Assembly: GCF_009914755.1 (NCBI RefSeq)
Contig: NC_060927.1
From: the human T2T-CHM13v2.0 reference genome, Homo sapiens
DNA length: 64,000 nt
Reading direction: 5' to 3' (one strand)
Of this stretch, positions 13,439 to 27,800 are shown one piece after another; positions within the stretch are counted from its first letter, which is position 1, and every line of letters begins with the position of its first letter. A program made the position numbers and the translations under genes. The notes under the pieces are model-generated. The model worked only from the letters and a program-made list of their open reading frames with translations. It did no database searches and was not told the origin of the DNA.

Positions 13439-14004
13439 ATGTGTAACTTGCATACAAATTAGAATGTGTCAATTGCTGTAGAAGAGATATAAAGTGAAGG
13501 AGATCTTAGATGAAGGTTAGCATGGCAAAATTAACTGTCTATCTTCTCTCTGACCTTTATCTTTCTTGACTCTATGACTCTTGGATTTGTAACAAATAAC
13601 ATCCATATCAAAACAACATTGTAATGTCCTCCCCATCTTCCTGGGAACTCTGCAGCATAAAACTAAGGAAATCGTGCAAATGGGATGAATGACTTTTACA
13701 AGATGAGAAGTTAGCAAAATTGGCTATTCCTGCACTGAACAAAATTCACATCCAAGAAAAAGTTTCCAAAGCCATGTCTAATGCAGCCCAAAGTAAGTTT
13801 CTGAGATCACAAAGGTAGATTTATGGTAGGATCACAGTGGCATCAAATGCTATTGCTACCTAAGACTTTTTCATTAAAAAACAAATTATTCTTATAGAAT
13901 TTCCAGAATGTGATACCCACTTTAGCAAGATAAAGAAACTAGCTCCAAATAACAACTCCTTTGCTGTAGTCTGCATGGTGAGTCAAAGATGGAGTTCAAA
14001 TTCA

Positions 14005-16575
<2,571 letters not shown>

Positions 16576-16852
16576 GCGCAAACAAAGCCAAAGTTAATGA
16601 GTTTTTAAATTATTTTTCCTGAGTTTTTCAGAAATATATGTAAATGGATATATGAGATATGTGATAAGTTCATTTAAATATGTTCTCTGTTTAGCTTTTC
16701 CATATATAAATCATTTTCATTTCAACACGAAATATGAATTAAAGATATTGATGCTATATTGTAAAAAAAAAACGGGGGGGGAAGGAATCTGTATGAGAGT
16801 CAATAGAAATAATACTCTATACTTGCACATGCAGAGCATATTTATGTACACA

Positions 16853-17178
16853 ACTTGGTTTTAAGTTTTGTGTGAATAGACATCGTGTTTTACTTCTTTT
16901 GTGGATCTTATATTTCTTAACACAGTACCAGACACATAGTAGGTACAACTGAAATATGTGATCAAGTGATGGATTACTGATATTATTATTGATAATAACA
17001 ATAACCCTTAATATTTCTAAGGAAGGAATATAAAAAGCAAGCAAGACAGATTCTAAAGAGGGAATATGATAAAGAAGGAATTATTATGTTAAACTTGATA
17101 AATGAAACTTTTTAGTGGGTGTTGCATCTTTTTTGAGTACCCCTGTTTAACAATGTGTAATCAGATCATAAGAACAAG
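16853..17178 (-). repeat. Inverted repeat, left arm (probable derived copy of 19307-19632)
   Basis: Reverse complement of 19307-19632 with 7 substitutions over core 16857-17166; flanked by direct repeat tatttatgtacacaa(c/t)tt. Confidence 0.95.
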
Positions 17179-17589
17179 CCGTATTATTTATGTACACAAT
17201 TTATAAATGACAACAATGCTGTTAAGGTCTTATAATCCTTGCTTTTACTGATGAGGAAGCCAAGGTCCCAGAGCTTTGATGGCTTATTATTAAGTAGCAG
17301 AGCACAGATTCACACCTAGGAGTAAGTAGAAATCCAGACCTCTTTTATTCACTGCCCTAGTGTAAGAGAAAGATAGTAGACTATAGACTCCAGGAGAGCA
17401 AGGGCTCTGGATACTCCCAACACTTGGCACAATACCTGCACATAGGAGGGTTTCAAAAGTGACTGTGAAATGAAGGAGTGCAGTCTGGTGAGTGACAGTA
17501 CTCTCTGCATACTCCTTTACCAGACAGCCCTGGAAAAGAAGACAAGATAGCACACCTTAGGACAACCTTCTCAAGTGATTTTAGGCAGA

Positions 17590-17720
17590 ACTTTTAAGCC
17601 TTTGGCACATATTTGAATCACCTGTGGAGATTTTAAAAATTCAAACATCCTGGCCACACCCTAGACGTGCTAGCGTAAGATCTAAATGAGACCCTCTAGA
17701 GCTAGGTCTCACTGAATCTT
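17590..17720. mobile_element. MER5-like hAT remnant
   Basis: gcacatatttgaatcacctgtggagattttaaaaat...cctggccacaccctagac. Confidence 0.55.
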
Positions 17721-17994
17721 TGCTATTGAAACACAAGTTTTGAGTCAGGACAGAGCAGAAACCAAATGGTTCTGTTGTTTCTTTTTTTTTCCTTATTTAA
17801 ACAAGGTATTAACAAGCAAATGACACCTAAATCTTTCCAGACTCCTGATATAAGTAAGTACAGTGCTGAACCCTGAGCAGGCCTGGATTCCTTAGTAATG
17901 AAGTGCACCCAGATGAGTTTCGCTTGCAGCTGACAACCAAATTCTGTTGGTGGAGGGAGAGCAATGGGCAATTGAAAAACTATTCTTGGCACAT

Positions 17995-18190
17995 GGAGGG
18001 TAACAACACACACTTGGGCCCGTAGTGGGAAAGGGGGAGCATCAGGATAAATAGCTACTGCATGTGCAGCTTAATACCTAGGTGACAGGTTGATAGGTGC
18101 AGCAAACCACCATGACATACATTTACCTATGTAACAAACCTGCACATCCTGCACATGTATCCCAAAACCTAAAACTAAAAGAAAAAGAAA
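17995..18190 (+). mobile_element. Old L1PA (about PA10-PA13) 3'UTR fragment
   Basis: gcatcaggataaatagcta...ttaatacctaggtga...gcagcaaaccaccatg...tgcacatcctgcacatgtatccc and A tail. Confidence 0.85.
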
Positions 18191-19306
18191 AACTGTTTTT
18201 GGTATGTTGGAGAGGTCTATACGCTTGTACATATAGCCAGAAATAACGAGAATATTATATCATAATGCTCTTACCTCATTCTTTACTCTGAGGGACCTGT
18301 TTTTCTCTTAATACAAACCTAAAACAGTGAGCACTCATAATTCTGAATAGAGCTAAAGTTTGAAATGGGAACTCTGCAAACATTATATGTTCTCTCTTAT
18401 TGTAGCATCTTGTTTATTTTCAGCAGGAGGGCACAGAGATCTGGGTGAGTTAAGAACAATGGTCAGTTTATTGAACCCACTTGTTTTCTTAAAAAGGATA
18501 AATTATTACCTGATGCAGTACAGAGTTCTTTTAAGTCTATCCCAGGGGATGGGCCAGACACAGAGATTCTTGAAAGATGTCCATAGGTCATTTGGATGCA
18601 CACCAGAATTGATGACCAATGTTCTGTAATCAAAACCCCAACTACTCATGTAGGTAAACCATGCCAAACCCTTCATAAATTCATCATAAAATGGGTCTAA
18701 TCCTTGAATCTACACTCCCTCCATTGTCTTAATGAAGTTACTCTTTTCAAGTCTCCTAAATACAAAGAAAGAAACTGTTGAAATCTAGGAAGAGTAGTAT
18801 TTTAAAACAAACTTTTGAAATTGTAGCTGAAAAGAATTGGAGAAATAACAAATTATTTTAAAAGGTCTAATGGCAGAATTTTCTCAAAAGGAGAAAAACA
18901 AATGTTTAAGTATCCCTTTTGCAAGACAGTCCCAACGATGAGGTCAGTCAAGCAAAGTGGCATTTTTCCTTGGAATTCATTGAGGTATTCAGGTCATAAT
19001 TGGCTGTGGGACTTGGGAAAATGTGGGAGAATAAACTTGGCTTTTGGAAAACAGGGAAAAATTATCTCAATGCCCCAGAAGCTCTCTCAAACTACAGATT
19101 TGCAGTGGGAAATTTAGAGTTAGAATTTCCAGTAATGAAGACAATATATCAAAGCCATGGCTTTCAAACAAGGGGGAAGGTCAGGGAAGTGGTTAAAAAA
19201 GGAAAAGAAAACTGAAATAAATAGTCTTGGATAGTCGAATGGTCAAATACTCTGAGTCATAGGAAACAATGATATTGTGTCTAAATGTTAAGTTGGGGGT
19301 GGGTGT

Positions 19307-19632
19307 CTTGTGCTTATATCTGATTACACATTGTTAAACAGGGGTACACAAAAAAGATGCAACACCCACTAAAAAGTTTCATTTATCAAGTTTAACATAA
19401 TAATTCCTTCTTTATCATATTCCCTCTTTAGAATCTGTCTTGCTTGCTTTTTATACTTCTTCCTCAGAAATATTAAGGGTTATTGTTATTATCAATAATA
19501 ATATCAGTAATCCATCACTTGATCACATATTTCAGTTGTACCTCCTATGTTTCTGGTACTGTGCTAAGAAATATAAGATCCACAAAAGAAGTAAAACACG
19601 ATGTCTATTCACACAAAACTTAAAACCTAAGT
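19307..19632 (+). repeat. Inverted repeat, right arm (probable donor copy)
   Basis: Matches the reverse complement of 16853-17178; ORFs 16817-17044(-) and 19440-19658(+) are near-identical. Confidence 0.95.
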
Positions 19633-19820
19633 GGAATTTGTGCATATTCAGACATTAAGTAATAATTGTCTATATGATGCCAATAGGAAGTGTGATGTGA
19701 TATGATTTCTGTAATGGGAGGTATCAGTACAACTAGGTTATGTTGAGACAAACCTCAGAGGGAAGTTAGGGACTTGATCTGGATCTTGATGAATGGAGTA
19801 GAAGTGGAAGGTGTTAACTA

Positions 19821-19900
19821 TTAGGTTGATGCACAAGTAATTGCAGTTTTCACAATTAAAAGTAATGGCAAAAACCGCAATTACTTGTGCACCAAGCTAA
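19821..19900. mobile_element. MADE1 MITE (HSMAR1 derivative)
   Basis: 80-bp near-palindrome ttaggttgatgcacaagtaattgc...gcaattacttgtgcaccaagctaa flanked by TA. Confidence 0.93.
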
Positions 19901-20509
19901 TACTAGCATGTGGAACTAACTGAGAGACATGAAAAAGCTCAGCGGGTATAAGGAAATCGGTATATCTGCTTGACCGTTGGAATCGAAAAGTCTATATTTA
20001 AGTCACAAGAATCATAGAAAAAGACTGTAGTCTGATGGAATGAACATGGGTTTTGAGACTGAATTCTGATTTTGCCAATATAATCTCAGCTTTCATCTAA
20101 AATAAGAAGAAATTTTGGATTTACTTATTTGAAATGGTTTCTGACTTATTTCTGCTTGAATATTGCTCCTCAGCCTCCTGTGTTTCTCAAAACTGCTCCC
20201 ACTTCTGGCCAAATGCCATCATTACTTTCCCTGTTTTGAGCCCCACACAGGACTCTTAGGTACTGGCCACTTGATAGGCTATTGCTTCCTCTCACATGGA
20301 AAGAGTCATGTTGAACAAGTTTCCTTAAGATCTCTCCACCAGGGTGGATTTCAGACAAACCTGTTTCTTCCTTTGATTGACCAATGAGTAGTTGCTGAAC
20401 AAAATATATACATGACTTCCAAGAATAAATATTTATTCTCAGAGACTGTACAGTCTAAACCCATGAAAAGAGTGGAAATATTTTTATAATTGTCTCATAA
20501 TTTCTTAAA

Positions 20510-21890
20510 AACATTTAAACTTTTACTTTCGGGGTACCTGTGCGGGTTTCTTATATAGGTACTCATGTCACAGGAGCTTGTTGTACAGATTATTTCATCA
20601 TCCATATATTAATCCTAGTATCCAATAGTTATTTTTTTGATCCTCTCCTTCCTTCCACCCTCCCCCACCAAGTAGGCCCCAGTTGTGTGTGTTCCCTTCT
20701 ATGTGTCCATGTGTTCTCATCATTTAGCTCCCAGTTATAAGTGAGAACAATGTAGTATTTGGTTTTCTGTTCCTGTGTTAGTTTGCTAAGGATGATGTTC
20801 TCCAGCTCCATCCATGTTCCTGCAAAGGGTATGATCTCATTCTTTTTCAGAGCTGTGAAGTATTTCATGGTGTATATGTACCACTTTTTCTTTATCTAGT
20901 TTACCACTGATGACCATTTAGGTTTATTCCATGTTGTTGCCATTGTGATTAGTGCTGCAACGAACATACATTGCATATGTCTTTATGGTAGAATGCTTTA
21001 TATTCCTTTGGGGATATACCCAGTAATGGGATTGCTGGGTGGGGTGGTAGCTCTGTTTTTACCTCTTTGAGGAATTGCCACACAGCTTTTCACAATGGTT
21101 GAACTAATTTACACTCCCACCAACAGGGTATAAGCTTTCCCTTTTCTCCACAACCTTGCCAGCATCTACTTTTTTTACTTTTTAACTAATAGCCATTCTG
21201 ACTGGTATGAGATGGTATCTCGTTGTGGTTTTGATTTGCATTTCTCTAATGATCAGTGAGCTTTTCGTCATATGTTTATAGGCCGCATGTATGTCTTCTT
21301 TCAAAAAGTGTCTGTTCATGTCCTTTGCCCACTTTTTAACAAGCTTATTCCTTTTTTCTTGTAAATTGGTTTAAGTCCCTTATAGATTCTGGATATTAGA
21401 CCTTTGTTGGACACATAGTTTGCAAATATTTTCTACCATTCTGTGGGTTGCCTGTTTACTCTGTTGATAGTTTGTTTTGCTGTGCAGAAGCTCTTTAGTT
21501 TAATTAGATCTAATTTGTCAATTTTTCTTTTGTTATGATTGTTTTTAGGGTCTTCATCATGAAATCGTTTCTAGTTCCTCTGCCTAGAATGATATTGCGT
21601 AGGTTGTCTTCCAGGGTTTTCATAGTTTTGGGTTTTACATTTAAGTCTTTAATGCATCTTGAGTTGATTTTTGTATATGGTGTAAGAAAGGGGTCCAGCT
21701 TCAATCTTCTGCATATGGCTAGCCAGTTATCCCAGCGCCATTTACTGCATACCATTTACTTCCCTATTCATTGAATAGGGAGTCCTTTCCCCTTTGATTC
21801 TTTTTGTTGGCTTGGTCAAAGATCAGATGGTTGTAGGTGTGTGGCCTTATTTCTGGGCTCTCCATTCTATTCCATTGGTCGATGTGTCTG
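20510..21890 (-). mobile_element. L1PA15/16-like 3' fragment
   Basis: Antisense 3'UTR (ttgtacagattatttcatc, agtaggccccag) and ORF2 remnants [26 protein letters not shown] and FAGTWMELENIILSKL. Confidence 0.9.
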
Positions 21891-22129
21891 CAGAGGTATG
21901 TTGGATTCTTTCCTTCCTTTTATTGCTCCCATCCTATGTCTTTTTCACTTTGTGGTCACTTTTGAAACACTCAAACATAAGAAAAATGCTAATGTTGTAC
22001 TGTATCCATTTCATAGCACACTGTTAGCCAGACAGTAGCTGAAGTTTGAGGATTATTTCCCAAAAGAATTAACTGTTCAAACACTTTTGATTCTCTGTGA
22101 GAGTTGGGAAAATGTAGTTGTATTCTAGG

Positions 22130-22600
22130 TAATGCCTGGACTAATGTATAGACTTGGTTGAGTTGCTTAGCCTTTCAGAGCCTCAGTCTTTTCATCTGGA
22201 AAAACATAATATTAGCATCAAGCTTCAAGATCATTAGGATAGCTACATCTAATTTATGGAATTATGTATATGGAGCATAATGGATGGAATATGAGAGTGT
22301 TCCAAAATTGATCATTATTATTTCCACCCGAAAAAATAGGCCACTATCTCACTTTAAGTAGAAAAAGAAAGCAGAAAAAAAGAATGGAAGTAGATGGAAA
22401 AAGAAGAAAGAATACGGATGTTATTTGAATGCCCACTATATGTCAAACGTTGTGTGAAGTTCTTCACAAATATGTTATCTCAGTAATAACTACATATGCA
22501 ATGGGTGTTAATATGCTCATTTTGAGAAAATTGGTACCTAGGGAGTGTAATAATCTATTTAATGTAATAGAGAGGAAGTGACTGAGCCAAGATTAAAAGA
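22130..22600. mobile_element. MIR remnants (two, opposite orientations)
   Basis: ttagccttttcagagcctcagtcttttcatctggaaaa (+); ttatttgaatgcccactatatgtcaaac...gagaaaattgg (-). Confidence 0.55.
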
Positions 22601-23601
22601 TTGATTTTAGGCAACCTTTATTAGTGAGCTTTTCTTGGGCTACCTTCCTCTCCTACCCCCATTAGATTGTGTATTTGATTCCACAAAGGTTTTTGACACT
22701 TGCAGCTGTCTTTAGGAGGTTCGAACCATTGAGAAATTCTCAGTTACTGTATGTGTGTATTTATGTGTGCAAGTGTTGCAGGTGTGTGCAATTCCTCTCC
22801 CCATTTCAGATGGGGAGAGGGGTTCAGGTTGAGTGCATTTCTATTCATGCAAGATTCATCTCACTTCTCACTTTATTATTCATTTTTTAAAATTATCATT
22901 CATCACATTGGTGCACAAATAATTGTAGTTGTGGACGGTGAATTTTAAATAATTATAACTAGGCTCAAATACCTCTTTATTAATTAAAATAGGAACAATT
23001 ACAATCAACACATTTTTGCCAAAGAGAAATAAGTTTGTTTATTCCTGCAGTATAAAAATCCATATTTTGGGGCTTGATTAACTCTTGGAAAGCATTTTCT
23101 GCATGCTGCTGGTTGTGGAAGTGTTTTCCCTGCAATAAGTTGTCGAGATGCTTGGAGAAGTGGTAGGCAGTTGGCAAGAGGTCAGGTGAATATGGTGAAT
23201 GAGGCAAAACTTTGTAGCCCAATTCATTCAACTTTTGAAGCACTGGTTGTGCAATGTGCAGTTGGGTGTTGTCATGGAGAATTGGGCTTTCTGTTGACCA
23301 ATGCTGGCTGCAGGCATTGCAGTTTTCAGTGCATCTCATCGATTTGCTGAGCATACTTCTCAGAAATCTGTAGTGGATCAGACCAGCAGCAGACCACCAA
23401 ACAGTGACCATGACCTTTTTTTGGTGCGAGTTTGGATTTGGAAAGTGCTTTGGAGCCTCTTCTCAGTCAAACCACTGAGCTGGTCATCATTGATTGTCGT
23501 ATAAAATCCACTTTTCATTGCCCATTACAATGGGATCAAGAAATAGTTTGTTGTTGTGTTGAATAAGAGGTGACAATGCTTCAAAATGACGATTTTTTTT
23601 T

Positions 23602-24078
23602 AAATTTCTACCTGATGAAATCTTGTTTTAAGCTGTAACAAAAATCAAACACACATACATAGGTGACCTGACTTTTGTTTAATACTTACACAAGATACAG
23701 AGTTGCATAACTTATATCACTAAAGATCAATCAAATGTTGTGATTAATGTATAATGTAATGCAATATGTAAAGTGTGTTCCTTCAGGCTGTTTTCTAGGA
23801 ACTCTTTGGAAAAAAACTTTCCTCTATTTGTCTGGGATTTATAAAATATATAATAGAAAACTATTATATATTATTTGATTTTGAAGTGTATTCCAGTTAT
23901 CGATTGGTACATGAAGAAATATTTCCAAACTGACTACCTTAAAATAATATATTATTATTACCTATGCTTCTCCAGGTTGGCTTGGCTCAGCAAGGAATGT
24001 TCCTGCTCAAAATCTTTCATGGTGCTACAGTGAGTTGGTGGCTTGGGCTGAAGCTTTCTCAACTCTTCTTCACTCATA
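23602..24078 (-). other. Non-HSMAR1, non-L1 segment; probable L1 3'-transduced DNA
   Basis: Lies between the L1 poly(A) tail (T-rich 24079-24130) and the left TSD tgacgatttttt (23587-23598) inside HSMAR1. Confidence 0.7.
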
Positions 24079-24705
24079 TTTCTTTTTTTTTATTTTTTAT
24101 TTATTTATTTATTTATTTATTTATTATTATACTTTAAGTTTTAGGGTACATGTGCACATTGTGCAGGTTAGTTACATATGTATACATGTGCCATGCTGGT
24201 GCACTGCACCCACTAACTCGTCATCTAGCATTAGGTATATCTCCCAATGCTATCCCTCCCCCCTCCCCCCACCCCACAACAGTCCCCAGAGTGTGATATT
24301 CCCCTTCCTGTGTCCATGTGATCTCATTGTTCAATTCCCACCTATGAGTGAGAATATGCGGTGTTTGGTTTTTTGTTCTTGCGATAGTTTACTGAGAATG
24401 ATGATTTCCAATTTCATCCATGTCCCTACAAAGGACATGAACTCATCATTTTTTAAGGCTGCATAGTATTCCATGGTGTATATGTGCCACATTTTCTTAA
24501 TCCAGTCTATCATTGTTGGACATTTGGGTTGGTTCCAAGTCTTTGCTATTGTGAATAATGCCGCAATAAACATACGTGTGCATGTGTCTTTATAGCAGCA
24601 TGATTTATAGTCCTTTGGGTATATACCCAGTAGTGGGATGGCTGGGTCAAATGGTATTTCTAGTTCTAGATCCCTGAGGAATCGCCACACTGACTTCCAC
24701 AATGG
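24079..24705 (-). mobile_element. L1PA2, 5'-truncated (~630 bp)
   Basis: ORF2 C-terminus ...[10 protein letters not shown]; 3'UTR cactaactcgtcatctagcattagg (GAG type, not the Ta ACA type); T-rich tail. Confidence 0.96.
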
Positions 24706-25260
24706 TGACGAATTTTTAAAAATTTTGCTCAGCCCACGAGGCACCAACTTATTAATATTTTTCACCTTACCAATTTGTTTCAAATGCCACGCTATGCTCC
24801 TCATCTTCAAGGCTCTCCTCTCCTTTGCAAAACTTCTTGAACCACCATTGTATTGTATGGTCAGTAGCAGTTCCTGGGCCAAATGCATTGTTGATGTTGG
24901 GAGTTGTCTCCACTGCTTTATGACACATTTTGAACTCGAATAAGAAAATTGCCCAAATTTGCTTTTTCTCTAACATCATTTCCATAGTCTAAAATAAACA
25001 TAAAATAAACAGCAAGTAATAAGTCATTAGCAAAAATACATAAAGTGAGAAAAGCCCATTAAAACACTGCATAACATAACCATAGTTATTTAAGAATGTA
25101 TTCCAATATCAAACGGCAAATTCCAACAATGCAAAAACTGCAATTACATTTATACCAACCTAATATTTCACTTCCTCACTTCAGTTATTATTATACTTCC
25201 CTGGGGTCTCATTCCAAAATATTTTCAAACTAGCCCTTATTTACTTGGAATAGCTATATT

Positions 25261-25263
<3 letters not shown>

Positions 25264-25301
<38 letters not shown>
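25264..25301. repeat. (TG)n microsatellite followed by (CG)
   Basis: About 17 TG units then cgcg. Confidence 0.95.
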
Positions 25302-25303
<2 letters not shown>

Positions 25304-27249
25304 CATGCATGGTATGATGAATATGTTTCTAACTTTTTCATTCAATATTAATTTTTGTAAATCTGCTTGTGCTACTCTGTGAACATTAAGTATTTCTTCT
25401 ATTGTTGCACATATTCCATAGTGCACATAAACCACATCCCCCAGTGGCAGACACCAAGTTTGGCTGTAATACTCCAATGCCACAAAAAATACCATTTCAG
25501 ACTTATGTGAGAACTTTTCTAGGTTACATTTCTAGACATAGGATTTCTGGACCATATGGTTAGTATAGGAGTGTTTAAACTAAATTGAGCCTACATCCTT
25601 CTCATTTGAATGGTCCACATGCAATCCCACTTGTTCAAGAGGGTTTCTACTTTATCCCTAGAGAGCCTTCTGCACTTGCCATTGTGGAAGAGCATGCCAT
25701 GTTAACATAACAGTCATCTCTATTAACATTAAGATCTTCAAACACCTTTAAAAACAACACTTTATAAAATATAAAGAGAGCCCCCAAAAGGACATTTCAC
25801 AAATCAAATTCAATTCTTAGAGCAGAATAGTTGTGATCCTTTTACAAGAGATTGGAAGAGTACTAAGTTTCACGTCTCCCCTATGGGGAAGATATTACAT
25901 GCCCTCCATTGGAGAGAGAGTCTGTACTTCAGCTTAATGGGAAAATTTCAAATTTTTCTTTTGTAACCTCTGTGGATTGTGAAAAATTACTTTTAAATGG
26001 GAGAATGAGATGTGCACTAGTACCCAGGTACTTGGCAAGCCTACCAAGGACTAAAAGAGACGTCAGAGCCTCATGCAATGGCATGGACCTAAGAAGCCTC
26101 CAAGGCTATGGTGACAAGCAAGATGCAGACAGTCCATGACCTCACAGAGCTTACAGTACAGTGGGAAGGGCAAAAAACAAACAACAATTATAAAAAAATT
26201 GTGAGTCTGAGATTTTAGTAGCCTTACCGAAATAAAACTTTGGATCATCTGCATGTCAGACAGAGCCTGGTTACGTGGAATGTGTAGTTCATTGTTTCTT
26301 ATCTCCCAGTTGAGAAGATTTTCTCAGGCTAAGTCTCCACTGTCTGCAAGAAACACGAGGTCTCTTGCTTACAAAAGCTATTTTCTAACTCACAGTGTGT
26401 CCAGGCCCTCACTCTTTTTATTTAAGCAAGATTGACTTAATTTAAATTTGTCTGGCATATCCAGACCCATCTTTTTGGCCAGGACTTCACTCAAAAATGT
26501 ATGGCTCTGAGAGAATAATGTTCTTCACACTAGATTTCTGAGGAACTGTTCAATGTCTTTCCTAATTCGGCAGTGAGAATAATGAGCTGAAACAAAAGTA
26601 ACCATGACAGGAATTGTCCTCATTAATTATTTTCTCAACATCTCAAGAGGATCTGGTGGGCTCTTGAACTTGCCCCTTGAGTTAAGTACTTGGAATGTAT
26701 TTTGACTCCTGGCAACTTACCCAGTACTATGATAAATGGGACTTAGCTACCTTAGTTCTGGTTTGTGGGAAACAGTTGAATTTTTTATGGTTATTTTTGT
26801 GCACTGTTACAGAAGAGAAATCTTTTTTAAAAAATATGTATGGGCAGGAAGGATTGTGAAGGAAAAATTATATGGCAAATCTGATTGACTCCGGGGATTT
26901 CAAATATGACAAGCCGTGCTTTTTCTCTCCACATCATCAATTTCATGCTGTTTAGAATAACTGCTAGGTTTTCTTTTAGGTCAACTAGAAAATATTGGTA
27001 TGTGACTTACTGTTGACTAGACACATGGGATAAATATTAACAAAAGGGATGCTCATTCCTTACATGTTATGTGGGTTACTATGTGTGTTAATAAAAAATA
27101 CTGTGCTTTTTTATTTTACTTTGTAGATTTGAAGATCTGTAACTAGGGATGTATTGAAATTAAGGGAACTCTAGTATTTTCTTTTTATAGCCATTTTTAT
27201 GACTAATAATTATCTTCTAAATTATGAAACTCAGAGGATCCTATAATGA

Positions 27250-27800
27250 AACCATTTGTTGGGCACTTACTTCATTTCAGGCACTGCATCATTTGTTCAC
27301 TCATTTATGCATTTAACAAATATTTATTGAGTACTTAATATATGTCAGGCATTTTGACAAAAACTGAGGCTATAATGGCAAGACATAGACAGTCCTTAAC
27401 CAGTGGGAAAGACAGAACCAGAAAGATAACAAGCAGATAATCACAAGAAAATGTTTTGGATGTTATAATAAAAAAGGACACTATTTATTTATTATAATAA
27501 AGAAAAAGAGAACAAAAGGAGAACTAGACTAAGGGATGTGGAGACAGAAAATTATATTTAAGCTGAAACCTAAAGGATGACTGAGAGTTATGCCGAAGAA
27601 AAGAGAGGGGATGAGTGATTTGCAGGCAATGGAAATAGCCTTTAGGAAGAATATAAGCCAAAAGAAAGATTATAGCATATTCAAGGAATGGAAATGAGTC
27701 CTGGTTTTCCTAAGTTGTGCAATGAAAGGAGGTCATAAGCAGTGGCTAAATTATGAAAACCTTCATAAAGTATGTTTTGGATTTTAGAATTTATCCTTAA
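27250..27800 (-). mobile_element. L2 remnant
   Basis: cattta(a)caaatatttattgagtactta..tatgtcaggca; agctgaaacctaaaggatga. Confidence 0.75.

Larger units (their letters stand above)
22903..25163 (-). mobile_element. HSMAR1 mariner transposon, degenerate transposase, interrupted at 23599-24705
   Basis: MEMMLEKKQIWAIFLFEFK..., VTVWWSAAGLIHY, LHDN, PYSPDL motifs; TIR caattacatttataccaacctaa plus TA at right end, degenerate TIR at ~22905. Confidence 0.95.

Noticed and set aside
16853-19632. Inverted repeat as the TIRs of a novel DNA transposon
   Set aside because: No TSD flanks the whole unit. The direct repeat brackets only the left arm, and the spacer holds older MIR, MER5 and L1 remnants with no transposase.
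16817-19658. Two near-identical 72-75 aa ORFs as a duplicated small gene
   Set aside because: A by-product of the inverted duplication: non-ATG (TTG) starts, AT-rich, no recognisable domain.
22980-24985. Mariner transposase ORFs as SETMAR or an active transposase
   Set aside because: Frameshifts, internal deletions and a 1.1-kb insertion, with no SET-domain exons; this is a dead HSMAR1 copy.
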